The notes below the pieces were generated by a model that was not told the DNA's origin, made no database searches, and was given only the letters and a program-made list of their open reading frames with translations. Both the position numbers and the translations under genes were made by a program. Below, in pieces: positions 1 to 25,961 of a stretch of DNA of 64,000 bases (positions within the stretch are counted from its first letter, which is position 1; every line of letters starts with the position of its first letter). The DNA is from Macrostomum lignano. Taxonomy: Eukaryota. The DNA lies in contig NIVC01002893.1 of assembly GCA_002269645.1 (NCBI GenBank), positions 1 to 64,000 on the forward strand. The letters run 5' to 3'.

Positions 1-228
1 AAGACCTTAGTAGATTCACAATTCACAAAGACCTTAGTAGAATCACAAATTCACAAAGACCTTCAGTAGAATCACAAATTCACAAAGACCTTAGTAGATT
101 CACAAATTCACAAAGACCTTAGTAGATCACAAATTTACAAAGACCTTAGTAGATTCACAAATTCACAAAGACCTTAGTAGATTCACAAATTTACAAAGAC
201 CTTAGTAGATTCACAAATTCACAAAGAT
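1..228. repeat. Tandem repeat, ~28-bp unit (AAGACCTTAGTAGATTCACAAATTCACA), truncated by the window start
   Basis: About 8 near-identical consecutive copies read directly. Confidence 0.95.
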
Positions 229-568
229 ACAAACAAATTCAGAGTATGCACGTAAATATACTACTTGCCAGCATTCTGCACTCGATAGTGCATATTTCTT
301 GCAGTTTTCATAGCTTCAGCCAATCCCGAGGCGCATTCTTGGGAGAGGGGATTTCGTGCCAATAAGACGCAGTGGCCCGACTGAGATGAAGCGTACGTGC
401 CATTCCATAGGAATATCCCCTTACGCTAATCTCAGCTGCTAGAAGAAGTGCAGACAGCCACTGCACCGGCTGCATTACGTCAAGGAATTTCTAGAAAGGT
501 CATCGGACAGGGCAACAGTCAGATTGACAGACCGACAGCGGCAGCGCTGCCATCGAAACTCCCCGAGG

Positions 569-1599
569 ATGCTTGATCTGTCCAGGGGCTTCCTGTTGGC
601 CAACAATGTCGCCTTGAGCTGCGTATTCGCCTTGGGCTTCATAGGAAACCTGCTAGTACTGATTGTGGTGCTCACGCAGAAGGCCGCCCACACGGTCATC
701 AATATCTACCTGCGTTAACCTGGCCGTTGCTGACATCCTTCACCTGCTGTCTGTGCCGCCGCTGATCCACCTCACTCTGGTGGGCAGCTGGCCCTGGGGC
801 TCCGGCCTGCACCATGTACTACATCCTGTACTACACCAACTGGACAGTCAGCATCTTCATCATCGTTGCCATGGGATTCGATCGCTACAAGGCCGTCGTG
901 TCGCCGTTCACCTCGCAGCGCTACCGTAGCCGCGGCTTCGCCATCAGCCTCCTGGTGGCCCTGTGTTCCTCGGCGCCCTGGCAATGCTGCCCATCGGCCT
1001 CGCCCACGTGCACCGCATGGGCTCGGACGAGCTTAACGTGACCGACGTCAAATTCTGCGTGCACAGCAGCTTCGACGAGAACGGCACCCTGGCTGCCGCC
1101 TCGCCGCTGCGCCGGTTTTTCCTTGACGCGGAGCACTCGAGTTGGTACATGTTCGCCGTGGGCTGCCTGCTGCCCACCGTCCTGCTGGCCGGATTTTACG
1201 GCCTCATTCTGCGCAAGCTGCATCGCCTGCGGCTGGCCAGGCCGCCAGCGGAGGCGGCGGAGGCGGCGGAGCAGCGGCGAGGTTCGAGGAGTGACGATGC
1301 TGGTGACGGCTGCTGGTGGCCTTCTTTACCTGGGCTGCTCGCTGCCGCACTGGATCCACGTCATCTTCACCTTGTCCGTGGCCGAGCCGGCCGCCTGGAT
1401 GGCGCACAGTTCGCACCTGACGACCCTGCTGAGCTACGTTGGCAGCGCTGGCAACCCGGTGCTCTACGCTTTCTTGAACGACTCGTTCCGCACCGGACTT
1501 GCGGGCTGCTGGCTCAGGCCGGCTGCAGCGATGCCGACGCCGCCGCCGCTGGCGGATCCGCTGCTGGCGTCGGCGGTCGTCGGGGAAGGGAGGCCTTGA
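569..1599 (+). pseudogene. Intronless class A (rhodopsin-like) neuropeptide GPCR, somatostatin/allatostatin-C/opioid-receptor-like, frameshifted (pseudogene or indel errors in the assembly)
   Basis: Stitching frames gives TM1 GFIGNLLVLIVV, TM2 NIYL-VNLAVAD, TM3 ending AMGFDRY, TM4 L(W)FLGALAMLP, TM5 GCLLPTVLLAGFYGLIL, TM6 LGCSLPHW and TM7 NPVLYAFLNDSFR. Frame breaks at ~713 (+1), ~804 (+1), ~965 (-1) and ~1240-1290. No premature stop in the stitched path. Confidence 0.85.
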
Positions 1600-2320
1600 C
1601 GATGCGGCCGGCACCGGCTCGAGACGTGGCCGATGGAGCGGCGGCGGGGGCGGCCGCGCAGACGAGAAGCCGAAGAGCTGCTGTCTGTCGCGGCCGCCAC
1701 CGAGGCCCCGGTGGGCACCTCCACCTACTGCGATGGGTACCTGAGCGACTGACTGGGATTCTGCTCCGGGCAGGTGCTGGAGACCGCCATTGACTGACTA
1801 GCCCCGCTTATAAACTTACCAAATTTGAGTCGCTTACAAACGCATGAACTTAGCTGGGAAAGATTAGGGAATGGTTAATAATATCGCTATTATCGCTAAA
1901 TATGCATGAAATCGCATGGTGGTTTATCCGCAACCAGTGCAGTCTCCGTCCATCTGCATGTTCTCTGCATCTATGGTTTAAGGAAGGACTCTATAGATTG
2001 TTACCGCAGTAAAAACATCTGAAAACTACCGAACTCGCCACCAGCGGCCCAGGCTCGATTCCAAATGCAGTCGCGTTCATTTTGGCTAAATTGGAATCAA
2101 CCACCTTCCAAGGCTCAAGTACGTGCCTAACGATAAATAAAGTTAGGGCCGCTTTACACTCCTGTGAGTGTGTGCCTGTGCGTATGACTGCGTACGTATC
2201 CGCGCGCTTGTGTGCCTGCTCAGGGCAGTCGGCGGAATGGGCAGCAATGCCTCTCACCGGTTGTGTGACAATGTCGCTTAAAGTGCGTCAGGGTGCACAC
2301 AGCCGCAATTGACCAAGTGA

Positions 2321-3212
2321 AGTCTATGGTCAAACACGGCAGAGACAGTCTATGGTCAAACACGGCAGAGACAGTCTATGGCCAAACACGGCAGAGACAG
2401 TCTATGGCCAAACACGGCAGAGACAGTCTATGGCCAAACACGGCAGAGACAGTCTATGGCCAAACACGGCAGAGACAGTCTATGGCCAAACACGGCAGAG
2501 ACAGTCTATGGCCAAACACGGCAGAGACAGTCTATGGCCAAACACGGCAGAGACAGTCTATGGCCAAACACGGCAGAGACAGTCTATGGCCAAACACGGC
2601 AGAGACAGTCTATGGCCAAACACGGCAGAGACAGTCTATGGCCAAACACGGCAGAGACAGTCTATGGCCAAACACGGCAGAGACAGTCTATGGCCAAACA
2701 CGGCAGAGACAGTCTATGGCCAAACACGGCAGAGACAGCCTATGGCCAAACACGGCAGAGACAGTCTATGGCCAAACACGGCAGAGACAGTCTATGGCCA
2801 AACACGGCAGAGACAGTCTATGTCCAAACACGGCAGAGACAGTCTATGGCCAAACACGGCAGAGACAGTCTATGGCCAAACACGGCAGAGACAGTCTATG
2901 GCCAAACACGGCAGAGACAGTCTATGGCCAAACACGGCAGAGACAGTCTATGGCCAAACACGGCAGAGAAAGTCTATGGCCAAACACGGCAGAGACAGTC
3001 TATGGCCAAACACGGCAGAGACAGTCTATGGCCAAACACGGCAGAGACAGTCTATGGCCAAACACGGCAGAGACAGTCTATGGCCAAACACGGCAGAGAC
3101 AGCCTATGGCCAAACACGGCAGAGACAGTCTATGGCCAAACACGGCAGAGACAGCCTATGGCCAAACACGGCAGAGACAGCCTATGGCCAAACACGGCAG
3201 AGACAGTCTAGT
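2321..3212. repeat. Minisatellite, 26-bp unit (AGTCTATGGCCAAACACGGCAGAGAC), ~34 copies
   Basis: Direct reading. The 26-aa periodicity in all three + frames confirms a 26-nt unit. Confidence 0.97.
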
Positions 3213-3979
3213 CTATGGACAGTTGTTACTGTACCCAGGCCGTTCATTTTTTTTTTCGCCAACTATGCATAAATAAAGTCATATTGTTTTGCAGGCTCAC
3301 TAGGACGTCAATCAGTACCCTCAATACTAAAACTGAATATACTTTCTATACCAGCTACTGGTATAAGGAAGCTGGACTCTAAAAGATGAAGAAAGAAATG
3401 GCAGTTCTAACTCTCGAGCTGCCAGCCGGAAAAGACTGAGAGCTGAGCCGATGGCTGAGGCTTCAGGAAGCAGGGCAGAAATTCCCATTCTGTAGGAATT
3501 TACAACGGACGATGGATTTGGATTCGATGGATTACTGCACTGCTGCAGTGAAGGGGAGGGAGATGGATTATGAATGAGGCTGAGCTGCTGGTCTAAGTCC
3601 CGGGCAACCAGAGAACCCGGGTCCTTATGCTTATAAACATTACTGACATGCTTGCTGCATGCATTTCGCCGTCGATCTCATAGATATAATTTTCCACCCC
3701 GTCTTCCTCCCATTTTCTCCTCCCTAATCTCCCTCATCCCTCCTCTCCCATTGTCTCCGCGCTCCGCACAAGGCAGATTGCCAGTGAAGCTGTTCAGGGT
3801 TCAACTGTCACGGTGGAACCTTTTTATTTAATAAACAATGGCTGATAGAGAAGCTCAGTGAGTCGTACGCTGAGTCAGTTTTTTGTGATTTGCTTCACAA
3901 AGCAGCTTGGCAAATTTTCTGGCGATTTTCCTGTATGATAATCATTGTTCACTAATCCCCTTCGGCTGCGTCTGCGGCT

Positions 3980-4545
3980 CGCTCACTCCGTTTTTAGGCA
4001 CTCTCAGTCTGTCACTCCGTTTTCAGGCACCCTCAGTCTGTCACTCCGTTTTCAGGCACTCTCAGTCTGTCACTCCGTTTTCAGGCACTCTCAGTCTGTC
4101 ACTCCGTTTTCAGGCACTCTCAGTCTGTCACTCCGTTTTCAGGCACTCTCAGTCTGTCACTCCGTTTTCAGGCACTCTCAGTCTGTCACTCCGTTTTCAG
4201 GCACTCTCAGTCTGTCACTCCGTTTTCAGGCACTCTCAGTCTGTCACTCCGTTTTCAGGCACTCTCAGTCTGTCACTCCGTTTTCAGGCACTCTCAGTCT
4301 GTCACTCCGTTTTCAGGCACTCTCAGTCTGTCACTCCGTTTTCAGGCACTCTCAGTCTGTCACTCCGTTTTTAGGCACTCTCAGTCTGTCACTCCGTTTT
4401 CAGGCACTCTCAGTCTGTCACTCCGTTTTTAGGCACTCTCAGTCTGTCACTCCGTTTTCAGGCACTCTCAGTCTGTCACTCCGTTTTCAGGCACTCTCAG
4501 TCTGTCACTCCGTTTTTAGGCACTCTCTGTCTGTCACTCCGCCTC
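3980..4545. repeat. Minisatellite, 29-bp unit (CACTCCGTTTTCAGGCACTCTCAGTCTGT), ~19 copies
   Basis: Direct reading; 29-aa periodicity of the translated ORFs. Confidence 0.97.
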
Positions 4546-4949
4546 TGTCACTCCATTTTTTCCACTCTACGTCTTTTCCTCCGCGTGTTTCACTCTGTCA
4601 CACCCTCTCACCTGTACATATGGATGAATTGGTCACTTCAATCTCTCATGCAGCCACTTTTTTGCTCCACTTCAATCCGCGGCCTTGCCATCTCTGACCA
4701 TCTCAGATTTTGTGTTGCAATATCCTCTGCAAAGCCATTGGAAGCGAGCGGATGCAGATCTGCCGTTTGGAATTAATGCAAAGGTTTCAGGCCTTATAGC
4801 GCTGGATGTACGAGCGATTAACTAAACATATTTTATTAAGGGAAGCAAAATGTCAGACAAGCAAACCTTTTATTCGGTCGCGGTAGAGGCAAAATAGTTG
4901 CTATGGCTAAGCAGAATCTGACTGGAAACCCTCCGCTTTGCAAGGCTCA

Positions 4950-6365
4950 CCGAGAGACAGGGGGTCACCAAGAGACAGGGGTCACAAAGAGACGGGGCAC
5001 ACCAAGAGACAGGGGTCACCAAGAGACAGGGGGCCCACCAAGAGACAGGGGGCACACCAAGGGACAGGGGGCACACCAAGAGACAGGGGCTCACACCAAG
5101 AGACAGGGGGCCACCAAGAGACAGGGGGGCCACCAAGAGACAGGGGGGCCACCAAGAGACAGGGGGCCACCAAGAGACAGGGGCACACCAAGAGACAGGG
5201 GGCACACCAAAAGACAGGGGGCACACCAAGAGACAAGGGCTCACACCAAGAGACAGGGGGCCACCAAGAGACAGGAGGCACACCAAGAGACAGGGGGCCC
5301 ACCAAGAGACAGGGGGCACACCAAGAGACAGGGCTCACACCAAGAGACAGGGGGGGGCCACCAAGAGACAGGGGGGGCCACCAAGAGACAGGGGCCACCA
5401 AGAGACAGGGGGAACACCAAGAGACAGGGGGCCCACCAAGAGACAGGGGGCACACCAAGAGACAGGGGGCCCACCAAGAGACAAGGGCCCACCAAGAGAC
5501 AGGGGGCACACCAAGAGACAGGGGGCACACCAAGAGACAGGGGCCCACCAAGAGACAGGGGGCACACCAAGAGACAGGGGGCACACCAAGAGACAGGGGG
5601 CCCACCAAGAGACAGGGGGCACACCAAGGGACAGGGGGCACACCAAGAGACAGGGGCTCACACCAAGAGACAGGGGGGCCACCAAGAGACAGGGGGGCCA
5701 CCAAGAGACAGGGGGCCACCAAGAGACAGGGGGCCACCAAGAGACAGGGGGCACACCAAGAGACAGGGGGCACACCAAAAGACAGGGGGCACACCAAGAG
5801 ACAAGGGCTCACACCAAGAGACAGGGGGCCACCAAGAGACAGGGGCACACCAAGAGACAGGGGGCCCACCAAGAGACAGGGGGCACACCAAGAGACAGGG
5901 GCTCACACCAAGAGACAGGGGGGGGCCACCAAGAGACAGGGGGGGCCACCAAGAGACAGGGGGCCACCAAGAGACAGGGGGGGCCACCAAGAGACAGGGG
6001 GCCCACCAAGAGACAGGGGCACACCAAGAGACAGGGGCCCACCAAGAGACAAGGGGCTCACCAAGAGACAGGGGGCACACCAAGAGACAGGGGGCACACC
6101 AAGAGACAGGGGGCCCACCAAGAGACAGGGGGCACACCAAGAGACAGGGGGCACACCAAGAGACAGGGGCACACCAAGAGACAGGGGCCCACCAAGAGAC
6201 AGGGGGCACACCAAGAGACAGGGGGTACACCAAGAGACAGGGGGCACACCAAGAGACAGGGGGCGCCCACCAAGAGACAGGGGGCGCCAACCAAGAGACA
6301 GGGGGCGCCCACCAAGAGACAGGGGGACCCACCAGGAGACAGAGGTGCCCACCAGGAGACAGGGG
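4950..6365. repeat. Minisatellite, ~18-22-bp unit (CCAAGAGACAGGGGGC(A/C)CA) with a variable G-run
   Basis: Direct reading; about 70 copies with G-tract length variation. Confidence 0.95.
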
Positions 6366-6794
6366 CGCCCTGACTATATTCGGAATTGGAAGATGAGGAT
6401 TAAGGTAGCTCCAGATGCTGGTTTAGGTCTCCTTGCATCCAGTCAGTCAGCTTTAGTTGCTGGGCCGCCTATTGATGGCTTTAACCGGAACTTCTAAAGG
6501 ATATTGCTGCCACCGAGGGGCTATTCACTGAACCTGCGATGTATGAAGTAGAGGAAAAATGCATATTTTATACTCCTATGGCGTATACAGTCTGTTAGGT
6601 TTTATATTCAGTTAGTTCAGATAACAAGTGGTCACGTGACAACCGCCTGCCTTCTGTAGCACATGGGACAGAAGGCTTCACGGCCAAACCCGGTGCAAAT
6701 TTCATGATTTAATCTGCTGGTTTCCATTGCGATGCACTAGCAGAATTTCAAATTTTCAATTTCGAATTTCAAACAAGTTCAATTCTTAACAAGC

Positions 6795-8345
6795 TAAATG
6801 CTTCACAATCTGAATGCTTCACAATCTGAATGCTTCACAAGCTCGATACTTCACAATCTAAATGCTTAAAAATCTGAATGCTTCAAAATCTGAATACTTC
6901 ACAATCTGAATACTTCACAATCTGAATACTTCACAATCTGAATACTTCACAATCTGAATACTTCACAATCTGAATACTTCACAATCTGAATACTTCACAA
7001 TCTGAATACTTCACAATCTGAATAATTCACAATCTGAATACTTCACAATCTGAATACTTCACAATCTGAATACTTCACAATCTGAATACTTCACAATCTG
7101 AATACTTCACAATCTGAATACTTCACAATCTGAATACTTCACAATCTGAATACTTCACAATCTGAATACTTCTTCACAATCTGAATAATTCACAATCTGA
7201 ATAATTCACAATCTGAATACTTCACAATCTGAATACTTCACAAGCTCGATACTTCACAATCTGAATACTTCACAATCTGAATACTTCACAATCTGAATAC
7301 TTCACAATCTAAATGCTTCAAAATCTGAATGCTTCACAATCTGAATACTTCACAATCTGAATGCTTCACAATCTAAATGCTTCACAATCTGAATACTTCA
7401 CAATCTGAATAATTCACAATCTGAATACTTCACAATCTGAATACTTCACAATCTGAATAATTCACAATATGAATACTTCACAATCTGAATACTTCACAAT
7501 CTGAATACTTCACAATCTGAATACTTCACAATCTGAATAATTCACAATCTGAATACTTCACAATCTGAATACTTCACAATCTGAATACTTCACAATCTGA
7601 ATAATTCACAATCTGAATACTTCACAATCTGAATACTTCACAATCTGAATACTTCACAATCTGAATACTTCACAATCTGAATACTTCACAATCTGAATAC
7701 TTCACAATCTGAATACTTCACAATCTGAATACTTCACAATCTGAATACTTCACAATCTGAATAATTCACAATCTGAATAATTCACAATCTGAATACTTCA
7801 CAATCTGAATACTTCACAAGCTCGATACTTCACAATCTGAATACTTCACAATCTGAATACTTCACAATCTGAATACTTCACAATCTAAATGCTTCACAAT
7901 CTAAATGCTTCACAATCTGAATACTTCACAATCTGAATAATTCACAATCTGAATACTTCACAATCTGAATACTTCACAATCTGAATACTTCACAATCTGA
8001 ATACTTCACAATCTGAATACTTCACAATCTGAATACTTCACAATCTGAATGCTTCACAATCTGAATACTTCACAATCTGAATACTTCACAATCTGAATGC
8101 TTCACAATCTGAATACTTCACAATCTGAATACTTCACAATCTGAATACTTCACAATCTGAATACTTCACAATCTGAATACTTCACAATCTGAATAATTCA
8201 CAATCTGAATAATTCAAATTCTGAATAATTCACAATCTGAATACTTCACAATCTGAATACTTCACAATCTGAATACTTCACAATCTGAATACTTCACAAT
8301 CTGAATACTTCACAATCCGAATACTTCACAATCCGAATACTTCAC
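6795..8345. repeat. Minisatellite, 16-bp unit (ACAATCTGAATACTTC), ~95 copies
   Basis: Direct reading. Confidence 0.97.
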
Positions 8346-8674
8346 AAGCTTCAGAAAGATTAAAAATTTTAAGTGTGAGCACTAAAAAAACATTGAACGT
8401 ATTCTATATTCTATTAATACTGTGGGATTATCGAAGACTACTGGATTTTTTAAACCGAAGTTCCAGTCCCATAAGCCTGAAAGCAAACAGAAGGATTTGT
8501 TATAGCTGGGTCAACTCTTCTAAGGGATAAACTGGGGCACGTGCTAAACGAAAAAGTGCTCTTGGACCGTCCGCAGCCTGCAGCCTAACCCGCCTAAGCC
8601 CGACACCAAAATTGGCTTGGTTAGTGAAACCGCTCTTCATGTAAACTGTTTGCGTGCTGCGCCACTTCGTAGAT

Positions 8675-9415
8675 AAGACTCCACTATCTAGTGTCTGGAT
8701 TGGGGCAAGCGCTGGACTCCATTATCCACGGACTCCACTATCTAGTGTCTGGATTGGGGCAAGCGCTGGACTCCATTATCCATGGACTCCATTATCTAGT
8801 GTCTGGATTGGGGCAGGGCCACCCGATCCATGGATTCCACTATCTAGTGTCTGGATTGGGGCAGGGCCACCCGATCCATGGATTCCACTATCTAGTGTCT
8901 GGATTGGGGCAGCGCTACCATAGAACCATGGACTCCACGATCTAGAGTGTGGATTGGGGCAGGGCCACCCGATCCATGGACTCCACTATCTAGTGTCTGG
9001 ATTGGGCAGGGCCACCCGATCCATGGACTCCACTATCTAGTGTCTGGATTGGGGCAGCGCTACCATAGAACCATGGACTCCACGATCTAGTGTCTGGATT
9101 GGGGCAGGGCCACCCGATCCATGGACTCCACTATCTAGTGTCTGGATTGGGGCAGCGCTACCATAGAACCATGGACTCCACGATCTAGAGTGTGGATTGG
9201 GGCAGGGCCACCCGATCCATGGACTCCACTATCTAGTGTCTGGATTGGGGCAGCGCTACCATAGAACCATGGACTCCACGATCTAGAGTGTGGATTGGGG
9301 CAGGGCCACCCGATCCATGGACTCCACTATCTAGTGTCTGGATTGGGGCAGGGCCACCCGAACCATGGACTCCACGATCTAGAGTCCGGACTGGTACAGC
9401 GCTACCCAAACCATG
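8675..9415. repeat. Minisatellite, 48/50-bp unit with a constant TCTAGTGTCTGGATTGGGGCAG and two alternative middles
   Basis: About 14-15 copies; variants GGCCACCCGATCC and CGCTACCATAGAACC interleave. Confidence 0.93.
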
Positions 9416-9974
9416 GACAAAAAACAACTGTCCAAAATCAAGGATGTCTAAAATCCGGGATTCAAACCGGAAACGGCTGGCTCAAATTTGGATTGGATCA
9501 AAGATGTCTAAGATATAAAATTTGGATTGGAAACCTCTGATCTCGAGCTAGGCTAAATGTTACCTTCTTGGTGGCTGGGAACTGCAAAAACCACTAAAAA
9601 CAACTTGTCAAGCCTAATAAACAAAATCTGAGATTGACAAGAAACAATCGATCCCTATGCCCTATGGATTGGGAGAAATGCTGTTCTTCCCTGTCATCAG
9701 TCCCAGCATCAAAACATCAAAACCTTAATTAGATGATTTGTGACAGGCAGTCCGGCCCCCCAATAGACAAGGCCCCTTATTAATAACATGATCCAAAATA
9801 GGACAAATTGTACATTTGTATTATTCCTCAGGTTTATTAGACGTAGGGAAATTCCTTAACAATCGTCAATATATCTTAAAGCAACCCAGACTTTACATAT
9901 TCGATGTGGTAAGAATTTAAATATCCCAACACATAGATAAAAGAGTTTTACAGACTCAAAGACATTAGATCTTT

Positions 9975-11045
9975 ATTCCCCGAATCCCCCCATTCCCCAA
10001 ATCCCAAGATTCCCCAAATCCCAGATTCCCCAAATCCCCAGATTCCCAAATCCCCAGATTCCCTAAATCCCCATATTCCCCAAATCCCCAGATTCCCTAA
10101 ATCCCCAGATTCCATAAATCCCCAGATTCCCCAAATCCCCAGATTCCCCAAAATCCCCAGATTCCCCAAATCCCCAGATTCCCTAAATCCCCAGATTCCC
10201 CAAATCCCCAGATTCCCTAAATCCCCAAATCCAAATCAGAACCCAAATCAGATTCCCTAAATCCCCAGATTCTCCAAATCTCAGATTCCCTAAATCCCCA
10301 TATTCCCAAATCCCCAGATTCCCTAAATCCCCAGATTCCCCAAATCCCCAGATTCCCCAAATCCCCAGATTCCCCAAATCTCCAGATTCCCTAAATCCCC
10401 AGATTCCCCAAATCCCCAGATTCCCTAAATCCCCAGATTCCCCAAATCCCCAGATTCCCTAAATCCCCAGATTCCCCAAATCCCCAGATTCCCTAAATCC
10501 CCAGATTCCCCAAATCCCCAGATTCCCTAAATCCCCAGATTCCCTAAATCCCCAGATTCCCCAAATCCCCAGATTCCCCAAAATCCCCAGATTCCCCAAA
10601 TCCCCAGATTCCCCAAATCTCCAGATTCCCCAAATCCCCAGATTCCCCAATTCCCCAGATTCCCTAAATCCCCAAATCCAAATCAGAATCCAAATCAGAT
10701 TCCCTAAATCCCCATATTCCCCAAATCCCCAGATTCCCTAAATCCCCAGATTCCCCAAATCCCCAGATTCCCCAAATCCCCAGATTCCCTAAATCCCCAG
10801 ATTCCCCAAATCCCCAGATTCCCCAAATCCCCAGATTCCCCAAATCCCCAGATTCCCTAAATCCCCAGATTCCCCAAATCCCCAGATTCCCTAAATCCCC
10901 AGATTCCCCAAATCCCCAGATTCCCCAAATCCCCAGATTCCCTAAATTCCCAGATTCCCCAAATCCCCAGATTCCGCAGATCCCCAGATTCCCTAAATTC
11001 CCAGATTCCCCAAATCCCCAGATTCCGCAGATCCCCAAATTCCCC
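9975..11045. repeat. C-rich minisatellite, ~17-bp unit (CCCCAGATTCCCCAAAT); G-rich on the minus strand
   Basis: Direct reading. Confidence 0.95.
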
Positions 11046-11729
11046 ATCAATGTTATTCATATTCCCTTAGAACCCCTTAGATTCCTCAAGTGTTCAGTGC
11101 GTAGACTAATTGCCCCAACTATAAATTAAATTTATATTGAATTCGTTCTTGATATTCAGTAGGCGAAAAGGAGAAAAGATGAATCTCTGTATAAAATATT
11201 CATAGATTCGCTCGCGGATCTGCTGTCCCTCGAAAGCTCCCAACAACATAATTAATCAATCTGCCAGCAGTTGCCGAGCTTAATAACTCAATTATGAGTG
11301 AAATTTCGCTGACACGAATATCATATGAGCTCTCACGACTGGGATGGATTTCACAGCCTCTACGGTAGCTGAACCTGATCCAGCATCCTTCATCATTTTG
11401 TCAGTTGTTATTTTTGCATTGGCGGGACACGCAAGAGCCGAGCGCTGGTGACACTGCCATTTTTCATGTGGGATTTTTGTCTAAAAAAAGTGCTTCAAAA
11501 CACTTCCCAACTATACCGTCTATATTTTCACATAACAAGTGGCTTTGTGTTATTGACTCTTTCTATCTTCTGAGAGCTTCTTCTTCTAGCAGCAATTCTT
11601 CAGCTGCGGTGGCCGATTAACATAATTATTCAAGCATGATGCTGCGGGGGAAATTGCACTGCATGCATTCTGCGCCAAGTAAGGCTCATCGTGATGTTCA
11701 TAGCCAGTGTCTCCGTTCTCTTGTCTTGT

Positions 11730-13015
11730 CCTCTCCTGTCCTGTCCTGTCCTGTCCTGTCCTGTCCTTTCCTGTCCTGTCCTGTCCTGTCCTGTCCTGTC
11801 CTGTCCTGTCCTGTCCTGTCCTGTCCTGTCCTGTCCTGTCCTGTCCTGTCCTGTCCTGTCCTGTCCTGTCCTGTCCTGTCCTGTCCTGTCCTGTCCTGTC
11901 CTGTCCTGTCCTGTCCTGTCCTGTCCTGTCCTGTCCTGTCCTGTCCTGTCCTGTCCTGTCCTGTCCAGTCCTGTCCTGTCCTGTCCTGTCCTGTCCTCTC
12001 CTGTCCTGTCCTGTCCTGTCCTCTCCTGTCTGTCCTGTCCTCTCCTGTCCTATCCTGTCCTTTCCTGTCCTATCCTGTCTTGCTCTGTCCTGTCCTGTCC
12101 TGTCCTCTCCTCTCCTCTCCTCTCCTCTCCTCTCCTCTCCTCTCCTGTCCTCTCCTCTCCTATCCTGTCCTCTACTCTCCTCTTCTGTCCTCTCCTGTCC
12201 TCTACTCTCCTGTCCTGTCCTGTCCTGTCCTGTCCTGTCCTGTCCTGTCCTGTCCTGTCCTGTCCTGTCCTGTCCTGTCCTGTCCTGTCCTGTCCTCTCC
12301 TGTCCTGTCCTGTCCTATCCTGTCCTGTCCTGTCCTGTCCTGTCCTCTCCTGTCCTCTCCTGTCCTGTCCTCTCCTGTCTGTCCTGTCCTCTCCTGTCCT
12401 ATCCTGTCCTTTCCTGTCCTATCCTGTCTTGCTCTGTCCTGTCCTGTCCTGTCCTCTCCTCTCCTCTCCTCTCCTCTCCTCTCCTCTCCTCTCCTCTCCT
12501 GTCCTCTCCTCTCCTATCCTGTCCTCTACTCTCCTCTTCTGTCCTCTCCTGTCCTCTACTCTCCTGTCCTGTCCTGTCCTGTCCTGTCCTGTCCTGTCCT
12601 GTCCTGTCCTGTCCTGTCCTGTCCTGTCCTGTCCTGTCCTGTCCTGTTCTGTCCTGTCCTGTCCTGTCCTGTCCTGTCCTCTCCTGTCCTCTCCTGTCTG
12701 TCCTGTCCTGTCCTGTCCTGTCCTTTCCTGTCCTGTCCTTTCCTGTCCTGTCCTGTCCTGTCCTGTCCTGTCCTGTCCTGTCCTGTCCTGTCCTTTCCGT
12801 CCTGTCCTGTCCTGTCCTGTCCTGTCCTGTCCTGTCCTGTCCTGTCCTGTCCTGTCCTGTCCTGTCCTGTCCTGTCCTGTCCTGTCCTGTCCTGTCCTGT
12901 CCTGTCCTGTCCTGTCCTTTCCTGTCCTGTCCTTTCCTGTCCTGTCCTGTCCTGTCCTCTCCTGTCTGTCCTGTCCTGTCCTCTCCTGTCCTATCCTGTC
13001 CTTTCCTGTCCTCTC
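11730..13015. repeat. (TCCTG)n/(TCCTC)n pentanucleotide microsatellite with an internal ~350-bp block duplication
   Basis: Direct reading. The diagnostic TGCTCTG interruption recurs at 12081 and 12430. Confidence 0.97.
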
Positions 13016-13664
13016 CATCTTTGTCTCAATGGCTAACTACCTGCCCTAACAACTCGCATTCAAATAAAACCATATTGAAGAAGCAGCAAATGTATGGCAT
13101 GGATTTGAGGGGCATCAGAACGTCTACTTGACCACCAGGCCAGCTCCCCTCTGCTGCGCGCCGTGGGGACTTGAAATCCCCTATTTTCTGCCTTGGCCTT
13201 GGCGCAGCGTTCATTGCTCTGATTTTTATTTTGCAGATAAATTTTTTAAATTTTAAATATTGAAAATTAATACTCATTTTGAGGAAAATAGTGTGTGACT
13301 CGCATATCTTGAAGATAAAATTGCCCGGATAATTTGAAAAAAATTAATTCATGATTTCAAAAATTTTAGTTTGAATTGTACGAGGGTATTTAGGATAAGC
13401 CGGCATTTCAATTGAGATTGAGAAAATTATTTGTCTCATTCTACTAAAATAGGATCTCTGATTTCGCCAACGAATTTTTTTTGTTCATGATTTAAGCTCT
13501 AGAATGTACCGATTTCTTCTACTGACAGTAAGTAGACTGTGTTGAGAATAGCTGCCCCTGCCAACTCTGTGAGACAATAAAACAGCAACCTGCTCCAATC
13601 AAATCCCACACCAAACGAGCACAAGACAACTTTTATTCCCTCGCCACCTACCTGCACACCTACC

Positions 13665-15340
<1,676 letters not shown>

Positions 15341-15844
15341 CTTTTTTTATGCAGCTGTATGGTCATAAATTTTAATTAGAAAGTTCTCTTTCCAGAAATG
15401 AATTTCCAGGGAAACCGAAGCGCAGCAACAAGAATGTTCAAATCCGGATTGACTGAGTTTGCAAATGAAGGAAGTCATTCAATTGAATTGTAGCTCTGGA
15501 AACCTTCATGTGGAAACAGAAGGAAATTAACTAATTCGCCGCGAGATGCAGAAAGAGAGGAGGCAGGAATGAAAGAGCAATATATTCTGTGGGCCGGACT
15601 GAGCTGGTCAAAGGGTGAGTGCAGTGAGCGCGGGTCGGGGGTGGGGGGTCCTCCCAGCCTCGGGTTGATGACGAGTTGGCCGAAGACGCACCGCGCCAAC
15701 AGCAAAAAATGATGGAGAGAAGAAAGGCGGAAAACCCCCCCTCCCCATTGTTCTGCGCAGGCAGTGTACGCCTAAGACCCTATATATTTTCAAGTTCGGG
15801 TTCAGAGGCTACTGCTCAAAAAGACCATAAGAAAGTACCTGTAA

Positions 15845-25961
<10,117 letters not shown>

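Noticed and set aside
1995-2300. B-box-like GGCTCGATTCC, a possible SINE
   Set aside because: The A box is unconvincing and there is no clear alignment to the SINE at 36636.
3360-6600. Protein-like stretches and splice-like signals in spacers between satellites (3370-3500, 4608-4780, 6370-6530)
   Set aside because: All frames I tested contain stops and no consistent exon chain could be built.
8675-9415. Constant block with variable middles, superficially CRISPR-like
   Set aside because: The middles are two recurring variants rather than unique spacers; no cas genes; eukaryotic context.
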